The position numbers were made by a program, and so were the translations under genes. Below, piece by piece: positions 21,414-30,541 of a stretch of DNA of 64,000 nt (the first letter of the stretch is position 1; each line of letters begins with the position of its first letter). Source of the stretch: Calditrichia bacterium (GTDB lineage: Bacteria; Calditrichota; Calditrichia; RBG-13-44-9; J075). The notes under the pieces are model-generated. The model searched no databases, was not told where the DNA came from, and was given only the letters and a program-made list of their open reading frames with translations. The stretch covers positions 22,140 to 86,139 of the forward strand of contig JANQQU010000077.1 of the NCBI GenBank assembly GCA_028284905.1, given 5' to 3'.

Positions 21414-22202
21414 ATGAATACTTATATAGATTCCCATACGCATCTTCATTTTAAAGACTTCGATGACGACCGACAAGCTGTGATCGCCCGCGCTTTTGAT
21501 GCCGGGGTGCGACAGATTATTTCCCTCGGCACCGATGTCGCGTCCAGTAAGCGTACTCTGGAAATATCCCGCGAATACCCGACGGTGTTTGCCGCGACCG
21601 GCATTCATCCCTCGGAAGCGCATCTCGCGGAAAAGAATGCTGTTACCGAACTTGAAGCGCTGGCCCAATCCTCCACGCAGGTCGTAGCCATCGGGGAAAT
21701 CGGACTGGACTTCTACTGGGATAAAACGCATCACAAAGCGCAGTATGCCATGTTCGGGAAAATGCTTCGCCTAGCGGAAAAACTGAAGCTGCCGGTGGTC
21801 ATCCACAATCGCTCCGCCCAGCGGGAAATGGAATGGTTCTTTCAGGAGGAGCAATTCAAAACCGTAGATGGTGTGATGCACTGTTTTGCCGGCGATGTCA
21901 TCGATGCTCGCTTTTATCTCGATATGGGTTTACATATCTCTTTTACCGCGAACATTACTTACCAAAACTTTTCCGCGCTGGATGTTGTTCGCTACGTACC
22001 GCTGGATCGGCTTCTGCTGGAAACCGATTCTCCCTACATCCCTCCCCGTCAGTTTCGCAAGCAGCGGAATGAGCCGGCGCATGTGGTGCATGTCGCGGAA
22101 AAACTGGCGGAAATTCATGGAAAATCCGTCGCAGAAATCGCCGCAATTACCACCGAAAACACCCGCCGCCTTTTCCGCCTGCCGGAAGTACTCGCTGTTT
22201 AA
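21414..22202 (+). CDS. tatD: TatD-family hydrolase
   Basis: IDSHTH, GIHP, AIGEIGLD, IHNR, HCF, LLETDSPY, RNEP. Confidence 0.93.
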   Translation: MNTYIDSHTHLHFKDFDDDRQAVIARAFDAGVRQIISLGTDVASSKRTLEISREYPTVFAATGIHPSEAHLAEKNAVTELEALAQSSTQVVAIGEIGLDFYWDKTHHKAQYAMFGKMLRLAEKLKLPVVIHNRSAQREMEWFFQEEQFKTVDGVMHCFAGDVIDARFYLDMGLHISFTANITYQNFSALDVVRYVPLDRLLLETDSPYIPPRQFRKQRNEPAHVVHVAEKLAEIHGKSVAEIAAITTENTRRLFRLPEVLAV

Positions 22203-22328
22203 GTGCAGTGGCAGAACGGTATAAAATTCCCTAAAAGTGCGAAAATGTTTTACGTTTTCTTACCCCAAGATACCTCTCTGATAGCAGATAGATAGCTTTT
22301 TCAAGGCAATCGCATTGATTATTAAAGC

Positions 22329-22344
22329 TGGTATGATAGTTGTA
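22329..22344 (+). promoter_or_regulatory. Sigma-54-type (-24/-12) promoter candidate for the acyltransferase gene
   Basis: TGGTAT-N5-TTGTA versus consensus TGGCAC-N5-TTGCW, ~100 bp upstream of ATG 22442. Confidence 0.45.
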
Positions 22345-22441
22345 GAAGTTACCGGTCATCAGCGAATGTTCGGCGGCGGCATCCATCGTCCAACAGAGAC
22401 CAGAGACCATTATCCGGCGGAAACAGCCAGGGGAGATATTC

Positions 22442-23146
22442 ATGAACGATACTGCAACACTCGGCCCGATCAGCGAAATGCTTCAGCAGCCGTTTTACCA
22501 AAAACCGAGCGGAGAAAACCTTATTTTTCCGGACAGCGGTAATTCCATGGTAATGATTCGCCGCAGCCGCAATGCGGCATTTCAAAGCCTAGTCTTCCGA
22601 AAGGCCCAAACCGCCAAGGATTTGGAGAATTGTTTTCGTCTGCGTTATCGGAATGCGGGACTACAGTCTTTGATCGATCCGCACAAATATGTAAACAGGG
22701 GCGCTCAGGAAAAATTTAGCGATGGCGCACATCATTATCTCGCCCATGATACCCGGGTTGTCGGATCGGCAAAACTGGTGACCGGGCAGCAATTTCCCAT
22801 GGACAAGATTTTTCCCGACCTTGCAGAATCCCGCCCGGAAGGCAGTGCAGAACTATCGCGCCTGATCGTTAACGCCGCATGTAAACGCGATCCGGAAATC
22901 ATCGCAACTTTCCTAGGGATGATCTATAATGACAGCATTCGCCAGGGTATTCGCCGCTGGTATATCGCCGGCCATTCTTCGACACTAAAGTATCTGCTCT
23001 CTCTGCATATTCCACTAAGTGTTGCCGGAGAAAAAAAACGATATATGGGCAGCAACTGTCGCCCGGTTTACATCGACCTGAAAAAGTTGCCGGCATTTTT
23101 TGCAGCGTATCCCGCCGTGGAAAAACTGCTTTGCCGGATTCATTAG
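22442..23146 (+). CDS. GNAT-fold N-acyltransferase, FeeM / PEP-CTERM-associated type (divergent)
   Basis: LENCFRLRY, VVGSAKLV..FPMD, SAELSRLIV, GIRRW, IPLSVAG..YMG..PVYID; AGGGAG RBS. Confidence 0.7.
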   Translation: MNDTATLGPISEMLQQPFYQKPSGENLIFPDSGNSMVMIRRSRNAAFQSLVFRKAQTAKDLENCFRLRYRNAGLQSLIDPHKYVNRGAQEKFSDGAHHYLAHDTRVVGSAKLVTGQQFPMDKIFPDLAESRPEGSAELSRLIVNAACKRDPEIIATFLGMIYNDSIRQGIRRWYIAGHSSTLKYLLSLHIPLSVAGEKKRYMGSNCRPVYIDLKKLPAFFAAYPAVEKLLCRIH

Positions 23147-23324
23147 AATGGGCAAATGGGCAAATGGGCAAATATACAAATGGGCAGATGAGCAGATGAG
23201 CAGATGAGCAGATGAGCAGATGAGCAGATGAGCAGATGAGCAAATGAGCACGCTCCCGAAGTCAAACCAACTCTGAACTCTGAACCCAGAACTCTAAACT
23301 TGCCCATTTGCCCATTTGCCATTT
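23147..23324. repeat. Nested tandem-repeat hairpin: 13 x 8-bp RATGRGCA, 4 x 7-bp AACTCTG, then inverted TTGCCCAT copies
   Basis: AATGGGCA/GATGAGCA units 23147-23250; AACTCTG-like units ~23269-23296; TTGCCCAT units 23300-23324. Confidence 0.92.
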
Positions 23325-23450
23325 ATTCCAAGCTTAGCCAGTATTCTTGCACCTTGCATTTCTCTTCAGGAACGCTAAATTGTTTTTCTGTTCACGGAAC
23401 GATGTTTCGGAATACATCTATGGAAAACAAAGCATTTCGACGAGGAGATT

Positions 23451-24911
23451 ATGCGGGAAAAAATCGCAGCGTTCGCTCAAGTTGCCCGGCAGCTGGAACC
23501 GGATAGGGAAACATTTAATGAATTGCTCCGGCAAAGCAGTCAATATGCCCGGCACTTTTTGGAAAACCTCGATAATTTTCCAACCTATCAGGAAACCGCC
23601 GACAATGGAATCGGGATCTATGAGGCGCCTGTTTCCGACCATCCTATGCCCCTGGAAAAGGCGCTGAAATTACTTTGGGAAAACGTTACGCGTCCCGGCA
23701 TCAATCCCGCCTCGGGGGGCCACCTCGGCTACATTCCCGGCGGCGGTATCGTCCACTCCGCATTTGCCGATTTTCTCGCCGCGATTACCAACGAATACGC
23801 TGGTGTTTTCTTTGCCGGTCCCGGGGCGGTTCGTATGGAGAATCATATTCTTCGCTGGCTGGCTGATATTGTCGGCTATCCGCAATCCGCTGCCGGGAAT
23901 CTCACTTCCGGCGGAAGCATTTCCAACCTGATTGGCATCGTTACCGCCCGGGAAGCGCACGACTTAAAAGCTGCCGATTTTACCAACACAGTGGTTTATC
24001 TTTCCGAGCAGGTGCATCATTGCGTCAATAAGGCCTTGCGCATCGCCGGATTGAAAGAGTGCATTATTCGCTACGTACCGCTCGACGAGCATTACCGGCT
24101 GCGTACCGATAAGCTGGCGGAAATGATCAAAGCAGATAAAGCAGCGGGGAAAAATCCCTGGTTAGTCGTCGCTTCCGCCGGCACGACCGACACCGGCGCG
24201 ATCGATCCGTTGGATGAAATTGCTGACATCGCTGAGGAACACAATATTTGGTATCACATCGATGCCGCATACGGCGGTTTCTTTGTGCTTTGCGAGGAAA
24301 TGAAGGATCGTCTGCGCGGTATGGAGCGTTCGGATTCCATTGCTCTCGATCCTCACAAAAGCCTCTTTCTCCCTTATGGCTCCGGCGTTTTTCTGGTGCG
24401 GGACCGGCAGCCATTGCTTTCCTCGCATCATTATATGGCCAATTATATGCAGGATATCGCCGATGCCCGCGATGAACTTTCTCCGGCCGACCTTTCCCCG
24501 GAGCTCACCAAACACTTCCGTGGCTTGCGCATTTGGCTACCGCTGATGCTCCTCGGTGTCGAGCCGTTCCGGGCTGCACTCTCGGAAAAACGATTGCTGG
24601 CAGAATATTTTTACGAGGAGATACAAAAAATCAATGGGTTCGTCGTTGGTCCCTATCCCGATCTCACCGTCATCACTTATCGCTATATACCACCGAAGGG
24701 CGACCCCGATGAATTCAACCGGCAGCTCGTTCGGGAAATCCATAAAGATGGGAGGATTTTTATTTCCTCGACCATGCTGGACGGCCATTTTACCCTGCGT
24801 CTGGCTGTGCTGGTTTTTCGAACACATATTGAAACCATCGATCTCACCCTGGAAATTATTCGGGAAAAAATTGCGCTGCTGCTTAAACAACCAGAGTGGG
24901 CCGAAAGGTAA
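23451..24911 (+). CDS. Group II PLP-dependent amino acid decarboxylase (aromatic-L-amino-acid decarboxylase-like)
   Basis: LTSGGSISN, SEQVHHC, AGTTDTGAIDPL, HIDAAYGG, DSIALDPHKSLF (PLP Lys). Confidence 0.93.
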   Translation: MREKIAAFAQVARQLEPDRETFNELLRQSSQYARHFLENLDNFPTYQETADNGIGIYEAPVSDHPMPLEKALKLLWENVTRPGINPASGGHLGYIPGGGIVHSAFADFLAAITNEYAGVFFAGPGAVRMENHILRWLADIVGYPQSAAGNLTSGGSISNLIGIVTAREAHDLKAADFTNTVVYLSEQVHHCVNKALRIAGLKECIIRYVPLDEHYRLRTDKLAEMIKADKAAGKNPWLVVASAGTTDTGAIDPLDEIADIAEEHNIWYHIDAAYGGFFVLCEEMKDRLRGMERSDSIALDPHKSLFLPYGSGVFLVRDRQPLLSSHHYMANYMQDIADARDELSPADLSPELTKHFRGLRIWLPLMLLGVEPFRAALSEKRLLAEYFYEEIQKINGFVVGPYPDLTVITYRYIPPKGDPDEFNRQLVREIHKDGRIFISSTMLDGHFTLRLAVLVFRTHIETIDLTLEIIREKIALLLKQPEWAER

Positions 24912-24967
24912 ACGCTGTTGCCGTGAACAATATTAGTGATTAGCTGCATATACAAATTTGGAGAATA

Positions 24968-26101
24968 ATGATGTTGCCTTTTTTCAAGGTTAATACTGAA
25001 ATACAAAATGCTCGCTACATGCTTCTACGCCGGTGGATTTGGGTCGTTTTAGGGACAATTTTTATTCTCTCGACAACCACCCAGGCCCAGGTCAACTTTA
25101 CCGGGATCGATATGTTCTGGAAGCTGACCGATGAACTTCAGGAAAATACTGCCCCGTCAGAAGAAACCTGGCAAGCGCTCTTCGATACGCCCGGCTATCG
25201 CTACCTGGTAGATGTCGACCGCAAAGAGAAAAGATTCAGAAGTTTTTTCCCTTTAGCATTTATGCCTTCACAGAAAACAGCGCTGGATTCCGTTCTGGCG
25301 GGGAAAGACAGAATCGACCTCTTTTTCCTTGAGCATTACCTGGAGATCAAAGAAAAAAGAGACTCACTGGAGAGTTTTAAAGAGGAACTCGCCCAAACAG
25401 ATTTAACTCAGCAGGCCCTGCCAATCGTCGCGAAGTATCTTCCCGACGGACTTACCGAATCTCATCTGCCTCCGAAGATTGCGCTGGTCTTTTATGCCCC
25501 GGATGGCACTGCCACAAAAGGCCTGATCATCATTGATCTCTTGCTTGCCATGAAGATGGATTTAACAGCTTTTCTCGCTCATGAAATGCATCATCATTTT
25601 GTGGAGAAAATTACCCGGCTTCAGCGCCCGGGCCGTGATAGCGATGATTATAATCTAATCCACGCTATTGCACAGCTGCAGCTGGAAGGCGCTGCCGATC
25701 TCATAGATAAGCGGGAACTGATGGAAACATCTGAGATAATTAATGATACTGATTCGGAATACCACCGCAGGTATAAACAGTCTTATCGGGGCGCAAGCGC
25801 AGATTTTGTACAAGTCGATAAATTAATCGTCGAAATATCGCAAGACCCGGCTAAGATGAAGGGACACGCGAAGCAAATCCGTGGCATGCTGCCTTTTGCC
25901 GGGCATCCCCATGGCGCTTATATGGCGAAGTTAATCGAGGGTAAATTAGGAAAATCGGCAGTTATCGAAACGCTGACCAATCCGTTCGCATTCATCACAA
26001 CTTATAATAAGGCTGCAGGAATGGACGGCGGGAATTCTCATGTCTTCTCCGATACTGCAATTGAATTTCTGAAGACATTGGAGCAGAAGTATATCGAGTA
26101 A
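24968..26101 (+). CDS. Secreted putative Zn-dependent protease (DUF5700-like)
   Basis: Signal-like N-terminus (true start may be 25019); LAHEMHH (HExxH), LQLEGAADLIDK, GHPHGAYMA. Confidence 0.75.
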   Translation: MMLPFFKVNTEIQNARYMLLRRWIWVVLGTIFILSTTTQAQVNFTGIDMFWKLTDELQENTAPSEETWQALFDTPGYRYLVDVDRKEKRFRSFFPLAFMPSQKTALDSVLAGKDRIDLFFLEHYLEIKEKRDSLESFKEELAQTDLTQQALPIVAKYLPDGLTESHLPPKIALVFYAPDGTATKGLIIIDLLLAMKMDLTAFLAHEMHHHFVEKITRLQRPGRDSDDYNLIHAIAQLQLEGAADLIDKRELMETSEIINDTDSEYHRRYKQSYRGASADFVQVDKLIVEISQDPAKMKGHAKQIRGMLPFAGHPHGAYMAKLIEGKLGKSAVIETLTNPFAFITTYNKAAGMDGGNSHVFSDTAIEFLKTLEQKYIE

Positions 26102-26135
26102 TTTCCCAATGATCAAGTAAAGTTCTTTTCGAAAT

Positions 26136-26173
26136 AAAAAACGCAGTTACCACAAATGGATAACTGCGTTTTT
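26136..26173. terminator. Bidirectional intrinsic terminator
   Basis: AAAAAACGCAGTTA-loop-TAACTGCGTTTTT between convergent genes. Confidence 0.85.
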
Positions 26174-26207
26174 CGTTGAGGAGAGGTATATGGTATTAAA
26201 AACTGAT

Positions 26208-27176
26208 TCAGGAAGACGCGGGAATATTCTGAGGAACATTCTTCGGCGATTTCTGTACTTTCGGTTTTTGGGGGCCGCTGATTTTTGCCAGGGCAATTTT
26301 CAGGCGCTGCACAGGATTGCGATTCCCCATCCAAAGATAGCCGGTTTTATATTTCATCCGGAAGGTATCGAATTGGGAATAGTACGGCGCGCATTTAATC
26401 GCTTTACGCTGCAGGAGAATACTCAAGACTTCCGTAACCGCCATATTCGCGGCAATCTGGCAAGCATTACCAACCGCCGGTAAACGCTTCCGGTTGAAGT
26501 CGATCATATTTATCTTCATATATTTGCGCTGCAATCTTGCTGGCGCCAATCCATGAAAGAAGCGGATAATTTTTTCCTCGAAGGAAATGTTTCCGGAAAG
26601 GTTAAAATAGTCGTCAAAATCGATACCGCGCGGGGAAAAGGTCTGCAGCGTTGCGCTAAATCCCAGGTGACTGGGGAGGACAACATAGCACTCGTATTCA
26701 CGCGCTTTTCGATAGAGCAGCCGGCGGGTATTTGGCAGGAAAAAATTCAAGCCATCTACGACGATGTCTGCGCCACTTAAAAACTCATCAATATTGGAAT
26801 CGGTTACCGGGGCGTTGAAAGCGTCGATCTTCGCTTCCGGGTTAATCGCGCGAACAGCGTCTGCCATCACCGCAACTTTACTACGGCCATTGGTCTCTGT
26901 AGTAGTGCCATAAGGCTGAAAAGTATCGCCGGGATGGTATTTGCCATAATCGGCAATGCGAAATTTCCCCACGCCTAATCTGGCCAGGGCAATCAAAGCC
27001 ACACTGCCAATGCCGCCCAAACCGGGAATGGCAACGCAGGCATTGCGTAGTCTTTCCTGCTCGGTTCTGTCCAGCAGGCCAATATTATTATAAAAAGCCT
27101 GACCGTAGTGATCCATTGTGGGATTATCAGCCGGGCGGGTTGTATACTTTTCTGAAATTTGATCCATTAAGCTCAT
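26208..27176 (-). CDS. ThiF/MoeB (E1-like) family protein with degenerate adenylation motifs
   Basis: EQERLRNACVAIPGLGGIG, LARLGVGKF, GRSKV..INPE, VVDGLNFF, GNRNPVQR; AAGGAGGAG RBS. Confidence 0.85.
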   Translation of the reverse strand: MSLMDQISEKYTTRPADNPTMDHYGQAFYNNIGLLDRTEQERLRNACVAIPGLGGIGSVALIALARLGVGKFRIADYGKYHPGDTFQPYGTTTETNGRSKVAVMADAVRAINPEAKIDAFNAPVTDSNIDEFLSGADIVVDGLNFFLPNTRRLLYRKAREYECYVVLPSHLGFSATLQTFSPRGIDFDDYFNLSGNISFEEKIIRFFHGLAPARLQRKYMKINMIDFNRKRLPAVGNACQIAANMAVTEVLSILLQRKAIKCAPYYSQFDTFRMKYKTGYLWMGNRNPVQRLKIALAKISGPQKPKVQKSPKNVPQNIPASS

Positions 27177-27222
27177 TTCTCCTCCTTGAGTTCTGTAGAT
27201 ATTGTTCGAATGCTTTATCTTT

Positions 27223-27238
27223 TACAAAGCCCGTGCCA
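27223..27238 (-). promoter_or_regulatory. Sigma-54-type (-24/-12) promoter candidate for the ThiF-like gene
   Basis: Minus strand TGGCAC-GGGCT-TTGTA; imperfect palindrome TGTGTAAATTTATTTCACA (27299-27317) upstream as a possible enhancer. Confidence 0.6.
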
Positions 27239-27433
27239 TTTCCTGAAATGCGATTTAATCGGCAATTCAGGCGCCTCATTTTTCCCGGGGTTGGAAAATG
27301 TGTAAATTTATTTCACAGAACGCATCCACAGGCTGCTATAAATGACTTGTAATAGTTTTGAAAGGATATTATTTTAGCCGCCGTTCGGTGTATTTTAATT
27401 GCCGGGTAGTGTAAAAAAGAGGATCACCAGGAT

Positions 27434-28816
27434 ATGTGTGGAATTGCCGGTTATTTTAGCCGTAAGGGAAGCCATCCCGCTATGCAGGTTATGCTTACGC
27501 TTTATGCCCAGCAGCATCGCGGGCAGGAAAGCTGTGGTATTGCTGCAACGAATGGCACCAATATCAATGCGCATAAATCGATGGGATACGTGAAAGAGGC
27601 TTTTTCCGCGGAAACCCTGGAAATGCTCAACGGCACCGCTGCGATCGGACATGCCCGCTATCCAACACGTGGGACATCAGTGCTCGGCAACACCCAGCCA
27701 TATGTCATCGAAACCCTCAGCGGACCGATTTATGCCATCGCCAGTAATGGGGATATTGTCAACTATAATGAAGTCGCCAATGAGTTACGCATTAAAGGCG
27801 TGCACTTTTCCTCCAATAATGATGGAGAGCTCCTCGGCCGTTTCATCGTTTATCATCATGAGCGGGAAGGCATGGGCATCACCGACGCCATCAAATTGCT
27901 GATGAAGCGCATCAAGGGTGCTTACTCCGCAGTTTTCCTGACCCGGGAAGCACTCTATATTTTCCGCGATCCGCAAGGTTTCCGCCCGATGATGATTGGG
28001 GCTGTGAATGACGATATTGCCGTCGCCTCCGAATCCTGCGCGATGGATATTCTTCGCGCGGTGAACAGCCGGGAGGTTAAGCCCGGAGAAATTATTATTA
28101 TCACCCAGAAAACCGAATTAAGCATTCCATTTTCCGAGCAGCAACTACTGGCACCGAAAAATCCCCCGAGCCGCCATCACTGCGTTTTTGAACTCATCTA
28201 TTTTGCCCGGCCGGACAGCTACCAGTTTAACGAGTATATTTACGATGTGCGCCATAAGATCGGCGCTCAACTGGCCACCTACGACGATTTTGATGCGGAT
28301 GTTGTGGTGCCGGTGCCGGATTCCGCCAACTTTATCGCCATGGGGTATGCGGCCGCCAAGGGTATTCCTTTTAATATGGGCCTGATCCGCAACCATTACG
28401 TTGGCCGCACATTTATTCGCCCGGACCAGTATAGCCGGGACGAATCGGTTCGTCAGAAGTTTAATCCGCTGCGCGATTTTTTCACTGACAAGAAGATCGT
28501 GTTGGTTGATGATTCCATCGTACGCGGAACCACTATTCGCAAACTGGTTCGCATGGTTAAAGGTGCCGGCGCGAAAGAAGTGCATCTGCGCATCGGTTCC
28601 CCCCCGGTAAAAAATTCCTGTTACTATGGAATTGATACCCCGAACCGGGACGAGCTGATTGCCAACAATATGACCGTCGAAGAGATCGGCGAATATATTT
28701 GCGCCGACTCTTTCAAATATCTGAAAATCGAAGACCTGCAAAAATGTGTTAAAACCGCCGGTAATTTTTGTTATGCCTGTTTTAATGGCGAATACCCGAT
28801 TCCAAAAGAGAGCTGA
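27434..28816 (+). CDS. purF: Amidophosphoribosyltransferase
   Basis: N-terminal MCGI, QHRGQESCG, GHARYPT, CVFELIYFARPDS, LVDDSIVRGTT, C-terminal CYAC. Confidence 0.96.
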   Translation: MCGIAGYFSRKGSHPAMQVMLTLYAQQHRGQESCGIAATNGTNINAHKSMGYVKEAFSAETLEMLNGTAAIGHARYPTRGTSVLGNTQPYVIETLSGPIYAIASNGDIVNYNEVANELRIKGVHFSSNNDGELLGRFIVYHHEREGMGITDAIKLLMKRIKGAYSAVFLTREALYIFRDPQGFRPMMIGAVNDDIAVASESCAMDILRAVNSREVKPGEIIIITQKTELSIPFSEQQLLAPKNPPSRHHCVFELIYFARPDSYQFNEYIYDVRHKIGAQLATYDDFDADVVVPVPDSANFIAMGYAAAKGIPFNMGLIRNHYVGRTFIRPDQYSRDESVRQKFNPLRDFFTDKKIVLVDDSIVRGTTIRKLVRMVKGAGAKEVHLRIGSPPVKNSCYYGIDTPNRDELIANNMTVEEIGEYICADSFKYLKIEDLQKCVKTAGNFCYACFNGEYPIPKES

Positions 28817-28821
28817 TTGAT

Positions 28822-29202
28822 ATGGACAGAAATGGAAATGAAGACATCATTCGCCTGAATAACATGATTTTTTATGCCCATCATGGTTACTATCAGGCGG
28901 AGCGGGATCTTGGCCAGAAGTTTGAGGTAGACGTGGAGCTTGAATGCGATTTTTCCCAGGCCGTGGAGACCGACGATCTGAAAGACACCGTTAACTACAA
29001 GAAGATATTTGAACGGGTTGGGGAAATCTTCAACAGTTACAAATTTACCCTGCTGGAAACCGTGGCGGAAAAGATTGCCCGGGATGTGCTCCGCAATTTT
29101 GCAGTCATGGCGATTCGCATTCGTGTTCGGAAACCGACCGTTTCGATGAATGGCATCCTCGATAATGTCGAAGTGGAAATTTATCGTAAAAAATCTGCAT
29201 GA
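28822..29202 (+). CDS. folB: Dihydroneopterin aldolase
   Basis: FYAHHG..ERDLGQKFEVD, DDLKDTVNY, LLETVAE, VRKP. Confidence 0.96.
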   Translation: MDRNGNEDIIRLNNMIFYAHHGYYQAERDLGQKFEVDVELECDFSQAVETDDLKDTVNYKKIFERVGEIFNSYKFTLLETVAEKIARDVLRNFAVMAIRIRVRKPTVSMNGILDNVEVEIYRKKSA

Positions 29203-29702
29203 TTTCGGCCTATATTGCTCTGGGCAGTAACATCTCCCCTCGCTTGTCCCGGTTACAAACCGCCGGCAAGCTTTTATCGCGGGAAGGTGACGTTGACCGG
29301 GCAGCACCGGTATACCGAAGTGCGCCTTATGGCGTTGAGGATCAGCCTGCCTTCCTCAATACAGCAGTACGGCTGAAAACACATTTGTCGCCGGTGGCGC
29401 TACTTGATTTTGTAAAAGCAATTGAAACGCAGGTGGGGCGGCAGCAACGCTATCGCTGGGGGCCGCGGGAGATCGACCTTGATATTATTTTCTATGGTCA
29501 GGAAATCGTTCAGCAGCCCAGACTCACAATACCACACGCGGATTATAAGAACCGCCGGTTTGTTCTGCAGCCGTTGGCAGATATTGAACCGGCGTTTATA
29601 CCACCGGATGCCGGGCAGCCGCTAAGCGAATTACTGCAGTTGTGCCCGGATTCATTACCCTTAAAGTTATACCGTAAAAACTGGATGATCGATGGAATAT
29701 AA
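29199..29702 (+). CDS. folK: 2-amino-4-hydroxy-6-hydroxymethyldihydropteridine diphosphokinase
   Basis: YIALGSN, QPAFLN, RWGPREIDLDI, LTIPH, RRFVLQPL. Confidence 0.96.
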   Translation: MISAYIALGSNISPRLSRLQTAGKLLSREGDVDRAAPVYRSAPYGVEDQPAFLNTAVRLKTHLSPVALLDFVKAIETQVGRQQRYRWGPREIDLDIIFYGQEIVQQPRLTIPHADYKNRRFVLQPLADIEPAFIPPDAGQPLSELLQLCPDSLPLKLYRKNWMIDGI

Positions 29703-30339
29703 TTTTGACCATTTACGCTACATCGCTGTTGAAGGGGTAATTGGCGTGGGTAAAACCACCCTGGCAAAAAAACTGCGAGATGCATTAAGCGGCAAACTTT
29801 TTCTGGAAGAGTTCGAAGAGAATCCTTTCCTGAAAGAATTTTACGGCGATCCGAAACGTTTTGCCTTCCAGACGCAGTTATTCTTCCTGCTCAGCCGCTA
29901 TAAGCAGCAGGAGAAAATCGTTCAGTATGACCTTTTCCAGGAAAGAATGATCGCGGATTACATGTTTCAGAAAGACCGTATTTTTGCCACATTAAATTTA
30001 GACGATAAAGAATTTAGTCTTTACAATATGCTCGCCCGAATTTTGGAAAAGCAGGTTACCAAACCGGATCTGGCGATCTATCTCCGTGCCCGTACCGATC
30101 GCTTGCTGGAAAACATCGCCAAGCGCGGCCGCCCCTACGAGCAGGATATGCAGCGGGATTATCTCACCTCTCTGAACCGTCTCTACGACGAATTCTTTTG
30201 GAACTATGACGAAACCCCGGTATTAATTTTGAATATGGAAAATGTTGACTTCGTGAAAAACGAAGATCACCTACAGCAGATTTTTGCAGAAATCAGCAAA
30301 CATCGCTCCGGGACAAAAAACGTCAACTTCGATATTTAG
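29692..30339 (+). CDS. Deoxynucleoside kinase
   Basis: IAVEGVIGVGKTTL, ENPFL..FY, FQTQLFFL.SR, RGRPYE. Confidence 0.93.
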   Translation: MEYNFDHLRYIAVEGVIGVGKTTLAKKLRDALSGKLFLEEFEENPFLKEFYGDPKRFAFQTQLFFLLSRYKQQEKIVQYDLFQERMIADYMFQKDRIFATLNLDDKEFSLYNMLARILEKQVTKPDLAIYLRARTDRLLENIAKRGRPYEQDMQRDYLTSLNRLYDEFFWNYDETPVLILNMENVDFVKNEDHLQQIFAEISKHRSGTKNVNFDI

Positions 30340-30541
30340 TCGAAATATTCTTCTTTCCTGCCATCAATGCATTCAGTACATTGGTTAACGGGCGAGACTT
30401 CTCACTTATCAGCCGGGGATGTCTATCTCGCCCAACAAATGTTCTCGGAGCGAGAACAAACAGAACTGCGGTTAGCATCGTTCATAAGTGCCAACGAAGT
30501 TTATCCGGAAATTAAACTTTATTGAAAACAGGATTTTAATA

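Noticed and set aside
22899-23251. ORFs reading MLICSSAHLLICSSAH (22899..23243 and 23015..23251, minus strand)
   Set aside because: Translation artefacts of the 8-bp GATGAGCA tract; they overlap the acyltransferase antisense and lack an RBS.
27434-30339. purF-folB-folK-deoxynucleoside kinase cluster as a novel pathway
   Set aside because: All have canonical motifs, and folB-folK-kinase clustering is a common housekeeping arrangement.
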